Shown here in pieces: positions 42,026-52,593 of a stretch of DNA of 64,000 bases. The stretch covers positions 1,088,001 to 1,152,000 of the forward strand of contig OY970320.1 in NCBI GenBank assembly GCA_963716745.1. Direction: 5' to 3'. A program made the position numbers and the translations under genes. The number at the start of each line of letters is the position of its first letter. Position 1 is the first letter of the stretch. The notes under the pieces are model-generated. The model had not been told where the DNA came from, did no database searches, and saw only the letters and a program-made list of their open reading frames with translations. Source of the stretch: an uncultured Gemmatimonadaceae bacterium. Lineage in GTDB: Bacteria > Gemmatimonadota > Gemmatimonadetes > Gemmatimonadales > Gemmatimonadaceae.

Positions 42026-42243
42026 CATACTATAGTAGGCCGAAGTCCGGCACGATGCCGTGTTTCATAGAGCGGCTCGCGCGATCTGCCTGGACTTCGG
42101 ACCCGAGATACGGCAGGATGCCGGGTCGAACTTACACCACGACTTACACCACGCGACGCCGACGATCGTTCGTCAGCCGGGACTCCGAGCCAAATGCCGG
42201 TGAGCGCCAATGCGATACGGTATCTAATGCGGTGGCTACGTCA

Positions 42244-44460
42244 TTACGGCACCCAGATCGCCGAGCTGCCGCCCCCTGCGACCGCAAAGAGCGAGCCGTT
42301 CACGGGCAACGCGATGACGCCGTAGATCAGGTTGTACTGGGTGTAGAAACTCTTGTAGATACTCAGGGGGCTTGGAGGTTGGACCGACCAACTGTTGGTC
42401 GAGGGATCGTAGAGCTGGAACGCCACCCCCGAATCCGCACTCACCGCGTAGAGCCGCGCCCCCAGCGCGACGGCCGCCAATCCATTGCTTCCCATGGGCA
42501 TGGAGGGCTTGCTGGTCCAGCTATCGGCCGCTGGATCGTACGCTTCGACGACATTGTTGGGATTCGGGGACGCGTAACCGCCGAATGCGTAAAGGATCCC
42601 GTTGACCACGCCCGCGGCCAGGCCAAAGCGCGCGGTGGGTATGGAGGCTTTCGTCGTCCAGCTATCGGTGGACGGATCGTAGGCCTCGACGGTGCGGAGC
42701 AAGTTCGCTCCCTCGTAGCCCCCCACCGCGTACAAGATCCCGCCCACCACGGCGACCGCTAGCCCCCCACGAGCCGTGGGCATCGGAGCGAGCATCTTCC
42801 AGTGGTCGGCGGCCGGATCGTACGCGAAAAGGCTGTTACTCTCACGCCCGCCGTCATCGAAGCCGCCAACGGCGTAGAGGATGCCATTGATGGACGCCAT
42901 CGCCAACGCGGATCGATCCCCCGGCATGTTGGCTCGCTGGGTCCAACCATTCGTCGCCGCATCGTATGCATACAATTCATGGCCGACCGAGTCGGGACCA
43001 TAGTCGCCCCAGTCATACATCCCGCCCGCGACGTAGACGGTGCCATTGACCGACGCGGCCGCCATGTTGAAAAAAGGGCCCGGCATCTGCGCTTTCCTGG
43101 CCCAGAGGTGTTGCAGCCCGAATCGCACCGGGAAGCTCCAGGTCAGACTTCCGAACCGTGCCGTCACGACGGCCGTGCCGGTGGTCGCGGGAGCGGTCAG
43201 CGTCGCGACGTAGGTCCCGCTCCCACTGACCGGCCCGAGCGACCCGAGCGTCGTCGTCAGGATGATGCTGTCGGCCGGTTTCGAGATATAGTGGCCATAG
43301 TAATCTCTCAGCCACACCGTGACCTGGGTAGTTGAAGCGCCATCCGCCAGCACGGTGGAGTCCTCCGGCTTCGCGCCCGATGCCACTTGGTTCACCGGAC
43401 CGAGCGGCTGGTCCACGAAACGAACCGTACACGTGCTCGGCAGCTGAATTCCGCTCACCGTCGCCGAGACCCTGGCGCTACCCAGGGTGGCGGGCGGCGA
43501 GAGGATCGCGGTATAAGTGCCGTCAGCGTGATCTGTCACTCCTTGGATGAAGCCAGCGGTCGAATTGATGAGGAACGTCGCGCCACCGTGCGCGATCTGG
43601 ACGTTGGACGAATCACGAAGCGTCAACGTGATCAGCACCGGGTTCCCATCGAACCACGTCGAGTCCGGGCTCGCCGACAGCGTGGAATTCGCGACGGACA
43701 CCGAGCCCGTCGATTCCGTCGAGTCCGTCGAGAACGATTGTGTCACCGGTGCAGCGAGCGGAACGCCATTCACATCCTGGATCGCCTGCGATACGAATAC
43801 TTGGTAGCTGGTGAACTTCTCGAGAGGGCTGTCTGGATAGAACTCCGCACTGAGCCCATTCGGCCCACTCAGCCGTACCGAGCCAGCGACCGGTGCGGAT
43901 CCGCGCAGGAGGCCGAAGGAGGTCGGGCTTAGGGTGGCTGAGTCGATCGGGGCGCTGAAGACCGCCACGATCTGGGCGTTGAGCGGCACATCCTTCTTGC
44001 CGGGTGGCGGCGTGACTCGTACGACGAGGGGAGCCCTTCCCGCCGCGACGACCTGGAATCCAGTCACGGCGGCGCCACCGCCCGACAGGGTGACGTCCAC
44101 GAAGAGGGTGTCCCCTACGCTCGCCGTGACCGCCACCGGATCGAAGCCGCCGTCCACCAGGGCCACGGTGATGCTGTCCCCGCTGCGGGCATTCAGGATG
44201 GTGGCGCTCTGACCGCCGGGTACGGATGCGGGCGGGAGTGAAACCCACGCGGTAGCCACTACTACAGCGGCATTCGCGCCGCGACTCGGGCTTCGCGAGA
44301 CGCTTGCGCCGGCGGGTTGGCTCTCAGGCGACGACACGATGAGCGACGGCAGTTGGTTCACTCGCCGCTGCTGCGACGGGCCGCTGCTGTCAACGCAACT
44401 AGCCATTAGGGCGAGTGTGGCGACCGTCACCGTCGAGAGCCTTCGTGTCGGGCGATTCAT
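42244..44460 (-). CDS. Lipoprotein with bacterial Ig-like domains and C-terminal Kelch propeller
   Basis: MASC lipobox; VPLNAQIVAVFSAPID (Big_5-like), DGTYTAIL (invasin-like), repeated LYAVGG...AYDP...W Kelch units. Confidence 0.85.
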   Translation of the reverse strand: MNRPTRRLSTVTVATLALMASCVDSSGPSQQRRVNQLPSLIVSSPESQPAGASVSRSPSRGANAAVVVATAWVSLPPASVPGGQSATILNARSGDSITVALVDGGFDPVAVTASVGDTLFVDVTLSGGGAAVTGFQVVAAGRAPLVVRVTPPPGKKDVPLNAQIVAVFSAPIDSATLSPTSFGLLRGSAPVAGSVRLSGPNGLSAEFYPDSPLEKFTSYQVFVSQAIQDVNGVPLAAPVTQSFSTDSTESTGSVSVANSTLSASPDSTWFDGNPVLITLTLRDSSNVQIAHGGATFLINSTAGFIQGVTDHADGTYTAILSPPATLGSARVSATVSGIQLPSTCTVRFVDQPLGPVNQVASGAKPEDSTVLADGASTTQVTVWLRDYYGHYISKPADSIILTTTLGSLGPVSGSGTYVATLTAPATTGTAVVTARFGSLTWSFPVRFGLQHLWARKAQMPGPFFNMAAASVNGTVYVAGGMYDWGDYGPDSVGHELYAYDAATNGWTQRANMPGDRSALAMASINGILYAVGGFDDGGRESNSLFAYDPAADHWKMLAPMPTARGGLAVAVVGGILYAVGGYEGANLLRTVEAYDPSTDSWTTKASIPTARFGLAAGVVNGILYAFGGYASPNPNNVVEAYDPAADSWTSKPSMPMGSNGLAAVALGARLYAVSADSGVAFQLYDPSTNSWSVQPPSPLSIYKSFYTQYNLIYGVIALPVNGSLFAVAGGGSSAIWVP

Positions 44461-44480
44461 TGCTGTCTCCGCTGTTCTGT

Positions 44481-47400
44481 TTACCGTCCGCCACTCATCG
44501 TGAACCCTGCCCAGTAGAACGGATGAGCGGTACCCGAATTGCGCAGCATGGCGCGCTGGGCGAGGGCGAGGGCCTCCGCTTCTGACCGTCCTGCAACGAG
44601 CGACTTGTAGAACTCGGTCATGAGGGTCGCGGTGGCGCGGTCGTCCACCGGCCAGAGCGCGGCCAACACGTGCGCCGCACCCGCGGCATGGAACGCCTGC
44701 ACGAGCCCGACCCAGTCGTCACCAGCCGGCACATCTTCCATCGCCCCGGCACTCACCGCGGTCTGGCACGCACTCAACACCACGAGGCGCGCGCTGAGCT
44801 GCATCCCGAAGACGTCGTGCACCTCGAGCCGGCCGGCGGATCCGCTCGCGGGCGCCAGCTCTACGAACGAGAAGAGCGGATTATCCTGGTTCAGCACGCC
44901 GTAGGTCGCGAAGTGGATGATCCCCGCCCTTGGCGCGGCCTCGCGCAGGGCGCGCTCGGACGCCTGCGCACCGACCAACACTTCCGCCTTCGCGCCATAG
45001 AGCGTTTCGATAGCGGCCACCTCCAGCGCCGAACCGGGGAGAGCGTCCACGCGGGGCGCCAAAGCGAGCACGGTGGTCCCGGTGTACGCCGGCCGTTCGC
45101 GAAGTCGCAACCAGACCGAAGCCGAAGGCGCGTACGACAGGCGGTAACGTTGCACGAGGAACTCGTCGCCACGCAAAGTGCTCGGCAACGCCGCGAACGG
45201 GATGAAATGCAGCTCGGCGTGCGGCACGATGATGAGCGCCGTCTTACCCTCCAGCAGCCCAGATGCAGCAGCCGGCTGAATCAGGAGCGCGCCAAGGCGC
45301 CGGAGCGGCGCGCGCCAAAGGTCGGGCGGCGTCCGCTGTCCGGGCCTCACCATGACCGCGCGGCTGAAATCCACCAGCTTTGCCAATTCGTGGCGTGAGA
45401 CTCCAAGATCGATCTCCGCCAGCGTGTCCGCAGTGGCCACGAAGAGCAGCGTCGTGGAGTCCCCAACGAGGTATTCCAGTAGCGCCTCATCCGGGGCGAG
45501 CTTGGACCGGACGATGCGTGACGGAGCGATCTTGCCGCTCACGATCGCGGCGTACGCGGGGTGCGACTCGCCGATCTGCAGAAGAAGCTCTCCGTAACGC
45601 TGCTGCGCCTGCGCGAGGGCCTCGCGCACCGCGCTGGCCGATCGCTCGAGCGAGACCGGTCCGCGCAACACGCCCGCCATGCGCCCGCCCTCGAGTTCAC
45701 CGGTTAGTATGTCGACTTGCCGCCTCAGATCCTGCTCGCGAGCCACCAGCGCATCGCTCCCGCCTCCCCGAGCAGGGACCGAGACGCGCCCGCGCGCGAG
45801 AAGGTCGAGCAGTTCCCGCGCCCGCAGCTGTTCGCTCGCCTCGAAGGCCGCGCCCGTGTTTCCGCGCGCGACCTCCACGCGCGCGAGCTGGGCGTACACC
45901 TCCCTCTTGTCAGCCGCGAATCCCGCGCGCCACTCATCTACCAGCAGAGCGGCCGACATCCGTTCGATCTGACGGGTGGCTCCGCGCAATTCGATGGCGG
46001 CTTCATCCAACGCGTGCCGGCTTCGCAACGCGCTCCCGAGTCCGGCGTGGAGCTGCCACGCGATCGTGGGCGCCGTGGCGTCGCCAAGCTGCGCGAGTGC
46101 CCGTCGGTACAAAGATTCCGCGGCGAGCGGGAGTCGTTCACGCGTGGCGAGTTCCGCGAGCGCACCAAGCGTTGCCGCCGCGCTCGCCGGATCGCCGAGC
46201 GCGCGCAACAATGCCAGCGCGCCCTCCAAGAGCGCCCGCGCGGCCGCCGTGTCGCCCACCTGCGTCCGGAGAGAGCCGAGGAGGAGCCGTGTCAGCGCGA
46301 TCGCACGCGGATCGCCGAGCGCCTCTTGCGTGCGCAGCGCCAGCGAGACGTGCGAGATCGCGCCAGGGAGATCGGCGCGTGCTGCCAACAGGAGACCCAG
46401 ACCGCCCTCCGTCTCCGCCTGCCCTCGGGAGTCGCCGGCCGCTCGGAAGAGCCTGTTGGCGCGGAGGTATTGACGCTCCGCCTCGGGATATGCGTTGAAT
46501 TGCACCGAGAGGTCCGCCCGCGCTAGCGCGAGTGACGCGAGCAGGGCGGTCCGCTGTTCGGCGGAGTCACCGGCGGCGAGGTGCTCCGCGCGGCGCAACT
46601 GAATGAGCGCGCCCTGCAGGTTCCCCATCGCGGCGTGCGTGATGGCGATATCGCGGCGCACATCGATCTCGTCCGGCAGAGGGCCCGTCTCGCGGAACAC
46701 CGCAAGCGCCTCCATGAACCGGTCGAGCGCATGGTGATAATCGCCGCGTTGCAGAGCGAGCAGCCCGAGCGCGCGCAGCGCCGAGGCCGCATCCACACGA
46801 TTCCCGCGCTCGCCGTACAGCGACAGCGCGTCCCGATAAGACGACTCAGCACTCGCGTAGTCGCCCTCGAGGCTCGACAAATTCCCGAGATTGATCAGAT
46901 TCACCGCGGCCGGCTCATCGCGCCCCGCCGCCCGGTTCGAGGCGAGCGCTTCATTGAAAGCCCGGCGCGCCCGGCCGAGGTCGCCGAGCTGCTGCGCGAT
47001 CAGCCCCAGATTGTTCCCGTCCGCCGCGGCGCCGCGGAAATCTCCCGTGCGAAGGCGCATCTCCTTCGCAAGCGCGTAGAGATCGACCGCGCCGCCGAAC
47101 TCACCGCGGTCGGCCTGGATCGCGGCCAGTGTGCCGACGGCATTGCCCGCCGTTCGCCAGTCGCCCGTGCGCTCGGCGATCTCCCGTGCGCGACTTAGAT
47201 AGTGTTCCGCACTGTCCTGCTCCTCCGATCGGTAGTAACCGGCGCCGATGTTCCCGAGAGCGGCGGCCATCCCCGCCGAGTCGCCGATCTGCGCGCAGCG
47301 CTGATAGCTCGCACGCCAGTCACGGAGCGCAGCGGCGAGCCCGTCACGCCCAAGGGCATCATTGCCGGCAATGCGCAGGCTGTCCGCAGAAGCCTTGATG

Positions 47401-47681
47401 CGCCGATCGGCCAGCGGCCACGACGCGAAGCGCGCCACTTGTCGCATGGGGAAGGAGTCGTTCCACGCGCCGGCGAGCGCTTGAGCGAGCCGCTCGGCCG
47501 TGGCGAGCTCCGTTGCCGGCTCCGAGTCGGCGGCGGCGAGCGCGAGCGTACGGCGCAAGGAATCGCGGATCGCATCCGGTTGCGCACGCGCCTTGGCGAC
47601 GAGCGCGCTGTCCGGCGTGCGAGGCGGCCCCGTTCCCCCCGTGATCGCGAGGAGCACTGACAATGCACCGACCGTGATCAT
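44481..47681 (-). CDS. TPR-repeat CHAT (caspase/HetF-like) domain protein
   Basis: TPRs (ALGNIG, NNLG, LINLG); IVPHAELHFIPF, IIHFATYG, LVVLSACQT, LWPVDD, HPFYWAGF. Confidence 0.9.
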   Translation of the reverse strand: MITVGALSVLLAITGGTGPPRTPDSALVAKARAQPDAIRDSLRRTLALAAADSEPATELATAERLAQALAGAWNDSFPMRQVARFASWPLADRRIKASADSLRIAGNDALGRDGLAAALRDWRASYQRCAQIGDSAGMAAALGNIGAGYYRSEEQDSAEHYLSRAREIAERTGDWRTAGNAVGTLAAIQADRGEFGGAVDLYALAKEMRLRTGDFRGAAADGNNLGLIAQQLGDLGRARRAFNEALASNRAAGRDEPAAVNLINLGNLSSLEGDYASAESSYRDALSLYGERGNRVDAASALRALGLLALQRGDYHHALDRFMEALAVFRETGPLPDEIDVRRDIAITHAAMGNLQGALIQLRRAEHLAAGDSAEQRTALLASLALARADLSVQFNAYPEAERQYLRANRLFRAAGDSRGQAETEGGLGLLLAARADLPGAISHVSLALRTQEALGDPRAIALTRLLLGSLRTQVGDTAAARALLEGALALLRALGDPASAAATLGALAELATRERLPLAAESLYRRALAQLGDATAPTIAWQLHAGLGSALRSRHALDEAAIELRGATRQIERMSAALLVDEWRAGFAADKREVYAQLARVEVARGNTGAAFEASEQLRARELLDLLARGRVSVPARGGGSDALVAREQDLRRQVDILTGELEGGRMAGVLRGPVSLERSASAVREALAQAQQRYGELLLQIGESHPAYAAIVSGKIAPSRIVRSKLAPDEALLEYLVGDSTTLLFVATADTLAEIDLGVSRHELAKLVDFSRAVMVRPGQRTPPDLWRAPLRRLGALLIQPAAASGLLEGKTALIIVPHAELHFIPFAALPSTLRGDEFLVQRYRLSYAPSASVWLRLRERPAYTGTTVLALAPRVDALPGSALEVAAIETLYGAKAEVLVGAQASERALREAAPRAGIIHFATYGVLNQDNPLFSFVELAPASGSAGRLEVHDVFGMQLSARLVVLSACQTAVSAGAMEDVPAGDDWVGLVQAFHAAGAAHVLAALWPVDDRATATLMTEFYKSLVAGRSEAEALALAQRAMLRNSGTAHPFYWAGFTMSGGR

Positions 47682-48259
47682 GGACCCTTCGGATCGACCG
47701 AGAACTCGGTGAGTTCCGAGGGTATCCAGCGATTCCACCCGGTCTGCGCCTCGAGCTTCCAGAAGTAGCTCGTGCGAGGCTGGATATGAAGATCGGCGGG
47801 GATCGAGACGGACGTGTCTCGCGCCTGCGATTCGAAGATCGCGTTGCCGGCGTCGTCGAAGATGGTAACGCGATAGAGATCCGCGTACGGCACCGATGTC
47901 CAGATCAGCTGCGTCGGGCGGTGTACCGCCCCGCGCGGTGCGAGCGCAACGGGTACCACGGTGGTCGAGATCACTGGCTCGCGAGAGACCGGCACCGAGA
48001 TGGGCGGCGGCGCGGTATCGCGGCCCACCATCAGGAGGAGCGCAGCCGCTGCCCCGAGTGCCGCGGGCACGTACCAGCGCCGCAGCGGCGCTCGCTCGCG
48101 CGTCAGCCTCGACGCCGCGACCATATCGCCACGACAGGAATCGCAGTCCGCCATGTGCGCTTCGGCGGCCGCATGCTCCGCAGGCGGAAGCAGCCCGTCG
48201 GTGTAGGCGGCAAGTATCCCCGGGTCGAGATGGTCTCCCTCGCGATGCTCAGCGCTCAT
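47678..48259 (-). CDS. zf-HC2 anti-sigma factor with TM and extracytoplasmic domain
   Basis: LAAYTDGLL...EAHMADCDSC (HxxxCxxC), followed by a TM helix. Confidence 0.85.
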   Translation of the reverse strand: MSAEHREGDHLDPGILAAYTDGLLPPAEHAAAEAHMADCDSCRGDMVAASRLTRERAPLRRWYVPAALGAAAALLLMVGRDTAPPPISVPVSREPVISTTVVPVALAPRGAVHRPTQLIWTSVPYADLYRVTIFDDAGNAIFESQARDTSVSIPADLHIQPRTSYFWKLEAQTGWNRWIPSELTEFSVDPKGP

Positions 48260-48331
48260 TTGGACTCTGGAGAGCGGGATCGTAGACGTCCTCACACGTA
48301 TGGAACGGATGCGCCGCGCAAGATTGCGACC

Positions 48332-48982
48332 TCATGGCTCCGTCCCGTGCACACCGCGTCGCGCGAGCGCCGCTCGCAATCGTGCGAGCAGTCCGTTCAG
48401 GCGGCGGTAGATATGGAACGGACTGGGAGCCTTCACGATCCGCGCGATCTCGCGCGCGGAGAGGTCATCTTGGAACCGGAGCTTCAGGAGCAGCCGATCG
48501 CCGGCCGCGAGCGCGCCGACCGCGTCGTTAAGCGCGCCCGTCAGCTCGACGGCGCGCAGTCGGGTCTCGGCATCGTCTGGGGCATCGCTGGAGATCCCTT
48601 CGACATCGATCTCTTCGGCGACGTGATCGAGCAGCCGGCGGCGCGCGTCGTGCGCGTCGCGGCTCTCTGCACCGTCATTCTGTAAACGGCCATAGCGCTT
48701 CCGGCGGTAATCGAAGCAGAGGCGGCGTGCGACGACCACCAACCAGGTCGTAAACTTGCCGCGATCGTCCGCCGCATAGGCGCGCAGGCGCCGGCACTCG
48801 TCGCCTTGGAGTTGCTCGAGGAGAAAGGCGTACGCGTCCATCGCAGCATCGTGGTCCGATTCGACGCTACGAGCTACATGCAAGAGGAGACGGCTATGCG
48901 TCTCGACGAACTTCTGCCACGCCGCATCGCGAGCTTCGGGGTCGACCGCGTCCCGCAGAGCGGAGAGTTCCGGTGGCAGCAC
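48332..48982 (-). CDS. ECF-type RNA polymerase sigma factor
   Basis: AWQKFV...Y, KFTTWLVVVARRLCFDYRRK, DRLLLKLRFQDDLSAREIARI. Confidence 0.85.
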   Translation of the reverse strand: MLPPELSALRDAVDPEARDAAWQKFVETHSRLLLHVARSVESDHDAAMDAYAFLLEQLQGDECRRLRAYAADDRGKFTTWLVVVARRLCFDYRRKRYGRLQNDGAESRDAHDARRRLLDHVAEEIDVEGISSDAPDDAETRLRAVELTGALNDAVGALAAGDRLLLKLRFQDDLSAREIARIVKAPSPFHIYRRLNGLLARLRAALARRGVHGTEP

Positions 48983-49208
48983 GAGCGGCGCCTCATGTAG
49001 TACAGGAGAAGCAGACTAGCTCCGTCCCTTCCGGCCCGCCAGCACCCTCGCCTTCGCGCTCATCACCGCGAAAAGGAGTATCGCTGCGGAACGGATGTCT
49101 CCGGGCGCCGATGGGCAGCGGCGGTCCGGCGTCGGAGTCTCGCTGCGGCGTGTCGGAGCTTGCCACCGCTACGACGCGGCATGAGATCCGCAAAAATGCG
49201 TGTGAACG

Positions 49209-49245
49209 AAACGCCCCGCCCGAGCCATGAGCTCAAGCGGGGCGA
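49209..49245 (-). terminator. Intrinsic terminator downstream of tRNA-Ile
   Basis: Minus strand cgccccgcttgagc-tcatg-gctcgggcggggcg followed by tttcgtt. Confidence 0.75.
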
Positions 49246-49259
49246 CGTCTTGCTGGGTA

Positions 49260-49333
<74 letters not shown>

Positions 49334-49557
49334 GGTTAGCAACCAAAGTTAGCCGGGCTCTTACGCTCAGTCAACGAACGAGGCTCGAAGATGCAACGAG
49401 GGCCGTCCGACCATGCGAACGGCCCTCCGGGCCCCATGGGCTCCACCGTGTGCTGCCGACGCGATGAACTGCGCGAGTGTGCGAGACTCGGCACCGCGGC
49501 CGACACCCAATAATATACACCGTTCTGCACGCCCTCTAACGTCCAACGTCTCAGCAG

Positions 49558-50250
49558 TTACTGCTGGATCATCTCCGAGAAATCCGTACTCGTGATGGTC
49601 ACAGTGATCTGCGCCCCAGTCGCGTTCAGGGTCTTCTGGTACGCATAGAACACGCCGTTGGGGAGCGTCGCGAACGTCACGTTCGCCGTCACCGGCACCG
49701 GACTCGCCGCCGTCCCCGTGTATGTCGAGATGCTCGCCGACACAAGCTGTTTTGTGGCCGCGTTGAACACCACGGTCACATTGTCGTTCGGCATCCGGTA
49801 GTTCGAGATCACCATCTTCTTGGTGCCGTTACTCGGATCCACGGAGATCGCCACATTCCCGCCCTGGTACGCCTTTTCCACGAGCGCCGGCGCGATCGGC
49901 ACGTACTCGGCGATCAGCGTGCGCACGGTGTCCATGTACGCCTTCATCTCCCCTTCCTTCTTCTCCGCGATCCTCCGCCGCAAGAACCCACTCGGCGGCG
50001 GCGCCTGCTGCAGGCTGATCTCAGTGCACGTCGGCTTCGGAGCAGGCCCGGCGTACTGGCAGTCCGTCACCTTGGTCACCTTGATCACGCCCTGGTACGC
50101 GACATGCGTGGTCTCGAGCCAGGTGTACATCCGGCGCTTGACTTGATTCGCCGACAGCATCTGGCGGAATTCGGCGACTTGCTGCTGCGGGGCCTGGGCG
50201 GCCAATGGAGCCGATAGCAGCAACGAGGCCACGAGGAGTCTCATGCGCAT
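49558..50250 (-). CDS. Secreted hypothetical protein
   Basis: Signal peptide ...PLAA-Q; GC3-rich codon usage. Confidence 0.75.
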   Translation of the reverse strand: MRMRLLVASLLLSAPLAAQAPQQQVAEFRQMLSANQVKRRMYTWLETTHVAYQGVIKVTKVTDCQYAGPAPKPTCTEISLQQAPPPSGFLRRRIAEKKEGEMKAYMDTVRTLIAEYVPIAPALVEKAYQGGNVAISVDPSNGTKKMVISNYRMPNDNVTVVFNAATKQLVSASISTYTGTAASPVPVTANVTFATLPNGVFYAYQKTLNATGAQITVTITSTDFSEMIQQ

Positions 50251-50274
50251 ACAGGATCTCCGTTGTTCAGGTGT

Positions 50275-50375
50275 GCAGTTCCAATCATCTCAATCATGTT
50301 CATCCTGTCAAGCAGTTCTTTAAAAAACTGCTTGGACAGGATGAGCATGATTCACTTACATGATTCGCATGATGA
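50275..50375. repeat. Family G palindrome, copy E (distal)
   Basis: gcagttccaatcatctcaatcatgttcatcctgtcaagcagtt ... aactgcttggacaggatgagcatgatt. Confidence 0.85.
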
Positions 50376-50391
50376 CGGCGAAATCCGGCGA

Positions 50392-50680
50392 TCAGTCGTC
50401 GTATTTCCTGCGCGGGGCGTGCGGCGGATGCTGGCGCTCGCGGTCGCCTTCGGGGTCGTCGAATTCGTCGTCGAGATCGATGAGATCATCGTCGAGGTCG
50501 TCGTCGAGATCATCATCGTCATCATCCATCTCGTCGTCGTCGAGGTCTTCATCGTCGAAGTCATCCTCGTCGTCCGATTCCTGCGCCGCGCCAGCATCGA
50601 GGCCGTCGTTCCCGCTCATGGCACTCCGGGTTTCATCCGCCGCCTCGGGATCGTACCACATGACCAAATGCCTCCGCCAT
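50392..50680 (-). CDS. Small, extremely acidic protein (probable indel ~50668)
   Basis: Asp-rich tract DDEDDFDDEDLDDDEMDDDDDDLDDDLDDD directly downstream of typA. Confidence 0.65.
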
Positions 50681-50692
50681 TGGATTAAAGTC

Positions 50693-52540
50693 TTACAGCG
50701 ACGCCCGCTCGCGCTCCCGCTTCAGCTCCCGCGACTGCTTCCGGCGGTCATTCGTGCTCAGGGAACGCTTCCGCAGGCGGATGCTCGCCGGCGTGATCTC
50801 AATCAGTTCATCCTCGTCGATGTACTCGAGGCCCATCTCCAGCGTCATGTCGCGCGGCGGCTCCAGCTGGATATTCTCATCGGTGCCGGTCGTGCGCATG
50901 TTCGACAGCTTCTTCTCCTTCGTGGGATTCACATCCATGTCGCCCGGACGTGAATTCTCGCCGATGATCATCCCTTCGTACACCGGCGTCCCCGGACCTA
51001 CGAATAGCGTCGAGCGGTCCTGAAGGTTCCATAATCCGAACGCGACGGCGACGCCCGCCTCCATCGACACCAGCGTTCCGCGCTTGCGGCCCGCGAGCGG
51101 ACCGGCCCACGGCCCGTATTCCAGGAAGCGATGATGGATGATCCCGGTTCCCCGCGTATCGGTCAGGAATTCCGAACGGTATCCGAACAATCCGCGCGCC
51201 GGAATGCGATACAGCAGCCGCACGAGGTTCTGCCCGGGATTCTTCATCTCGAGCATTTCGGCGCGGCGCGGTCCGAGCTTCTCGATCACGGCGCCGAGGA
51301 ATTCCTCGGGCACGTCGATGGAAAGCTCTTCGTACGGCTCGAGGCGCTCGCCGCCGGGTCCTTCGCGCGTGATCACGCGGGGGCGCGACACTTGGAACTC
51401 GTAGCCCTCGCGGCGCATCGTTTCCATCAAAATGCCGAGGTGCAGCTCGCCGCGGCCTGACACGCTCCACGTGTCCGTGGCGTCGGTGTCCTCCACGCGC
51501 AGCGCGACGTTGCGCTCGAGCTCGCGATAGAGCCGTTCACGCAGCTGTCGCGACGTGACGAACTTCCCTTCCTTACCGGCAAAAGGCGAATTGTTCACCA
51601 CGAAGTCGACGCTGATCGTCGGCTCTTCCACGGCGATGCCCTCGAGGCGCTCGGGGGTGGCCGCATCAGTGACGGTGAGACCGATCTCGACGCCTTCGAG
51701 CCCCGCGAGCGCCACGATGTCGCCCGACATCGCACTCGGCACTTCGAGCCGCTCGAGCCCCTCGTAGGTGAACAGCTTGGTGACGCGCGAGCGCTGCATG
51801 GGCAGCGTCTGGTCGAGTGGCAGCAGCGCGAGCTCGCCGCCCACGTTCACCGTGCCGCGCTCAATGCGGCCAATGCCAAGACGGCCGAGGTAGGGCGAAT
51901 GATCGATCGTGGAGATGAGCATCTGGAACGGCTCATCGGGCGCGAAGCGCGGCGCGGGCACGTGATCGACGATCGTCTGGAAGAGCGGCACGAGATCGGT
52001 GCCGGGCTTGTCGGCGTCCATCGTCGCGACGCCCTGGCGCGCGGAGGCATACACGACCGGCGCATCGAGCTGCTCGTCGTTCGCTTCGAGCTCGAGGAAG
52101 AGGCCGAGCACTTCGTGATGCACGCGGTGCGGATCGGCGCCGGGCCGGTCGATCTTGTTGATGACGACGATCGGTGTGCGGCCCAAGGCGAGCGCTTTGC
52201 GCAGCACGAATCGCGTCTGCGGCATGGGGCCATCGAAGGCATCGACCACGAGCAGCACGCCGTCCACCATGCGGAGGATACGTTCCACTTCGCCGCCGAA
52301 GTCGGCGTGACCCGGGGTGTCGACGATATTGATCTTCACGCCGTGCCAGCGCACTGACGTGTTCTTGGCAAGGATCGTGATGCCACGCTCGCGCTCGAGC
52401 GGATTGGAGTCCATGACGCGTTCTTCGACGATCTGATTCTCGCGGAACGCCCCGGCTTGCCGGAGCATTTTGTCCACGAGGGTGGTTTTGCCGTGATCGA
52501 CGTGCGCGATGATGGCGATATTACGGATATCCATAGTCAA
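50693..52540 (-). CDS. typA: Translational GTPase TypA/BipA
   Basis: [57 protein letters not shown]. Confidence 0.97.
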   Translation of the reverse strand: MTMDIRNIAIIAHVDHGKTTLVDKMLRQAGAFRENQIVEERVMDSNPLERERGITILAKNTSVRWHGVKINIVDTPGHADFGGEVERILRMVDGVLLVVDAFDGPMPQTRFVLRKALALGRTPIVVINKIDRPGADPHRVHHEVLGLFLELEANDEQLDAPVVYASARQGVATMDADKPGTDLVPLFQTIVDHVPAPRFAPDEPFQMLISTIDHSPYLGRLGIGRIERGTVNVGGELALLPLDQTLPMQRSRVTKLFTYEGLERLEVPSAMSGDIVALAGLEGVEIGLTVTDAATPERLEGIAVEEPTISVDFVVNNSPFAGKEGKFVTSRQLRERLYRELERNVALRVEDTDATDTWSVSGRGELHLGILMETMRREGYEFQVSRPRVITREGPGGERLEPYEELSIDVPEEFLGAVIEKLGPRRAEMLEMKNPGQNLVRLLYRIPARGLFGYRSEFLTDTRGTGIIHHRFLEYGPWAGPLAGRKRGTLVSMEAGVAVAFGLWNLQDRSTLFVGPGTPVYEGMIIGENSRPGDMDVNPTKEKKLSNMRTTGTDENIQLEPPRDMTLEMGLEYIDEDELIEITPASIRLRKRSLSTNDRRKQSRELKRERERASL

Positions 52541-52593
52541 TCAATATAACCGGCTGGGTAGCGAGGCCAAAGTGTAGATATCGCAACGAATTA

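Larger units (their letters stand above)
42026..49259. mobile_element. tRNA-Ile-anchored genomic island, no integrase gene
   Basis: Bounded by the intact tRNA and a displaced tRNA 3' duplicate; tandem 12-bp repeat at 42130-42153 near the att end. Confidence 0.7.

Noticed and set aside
50400..50580. (TCG/TCA)n trinucleotide tract as a DNA repeat element
   Set aside because: It is explained by Asp codons of the acidic protein on the minus strand.
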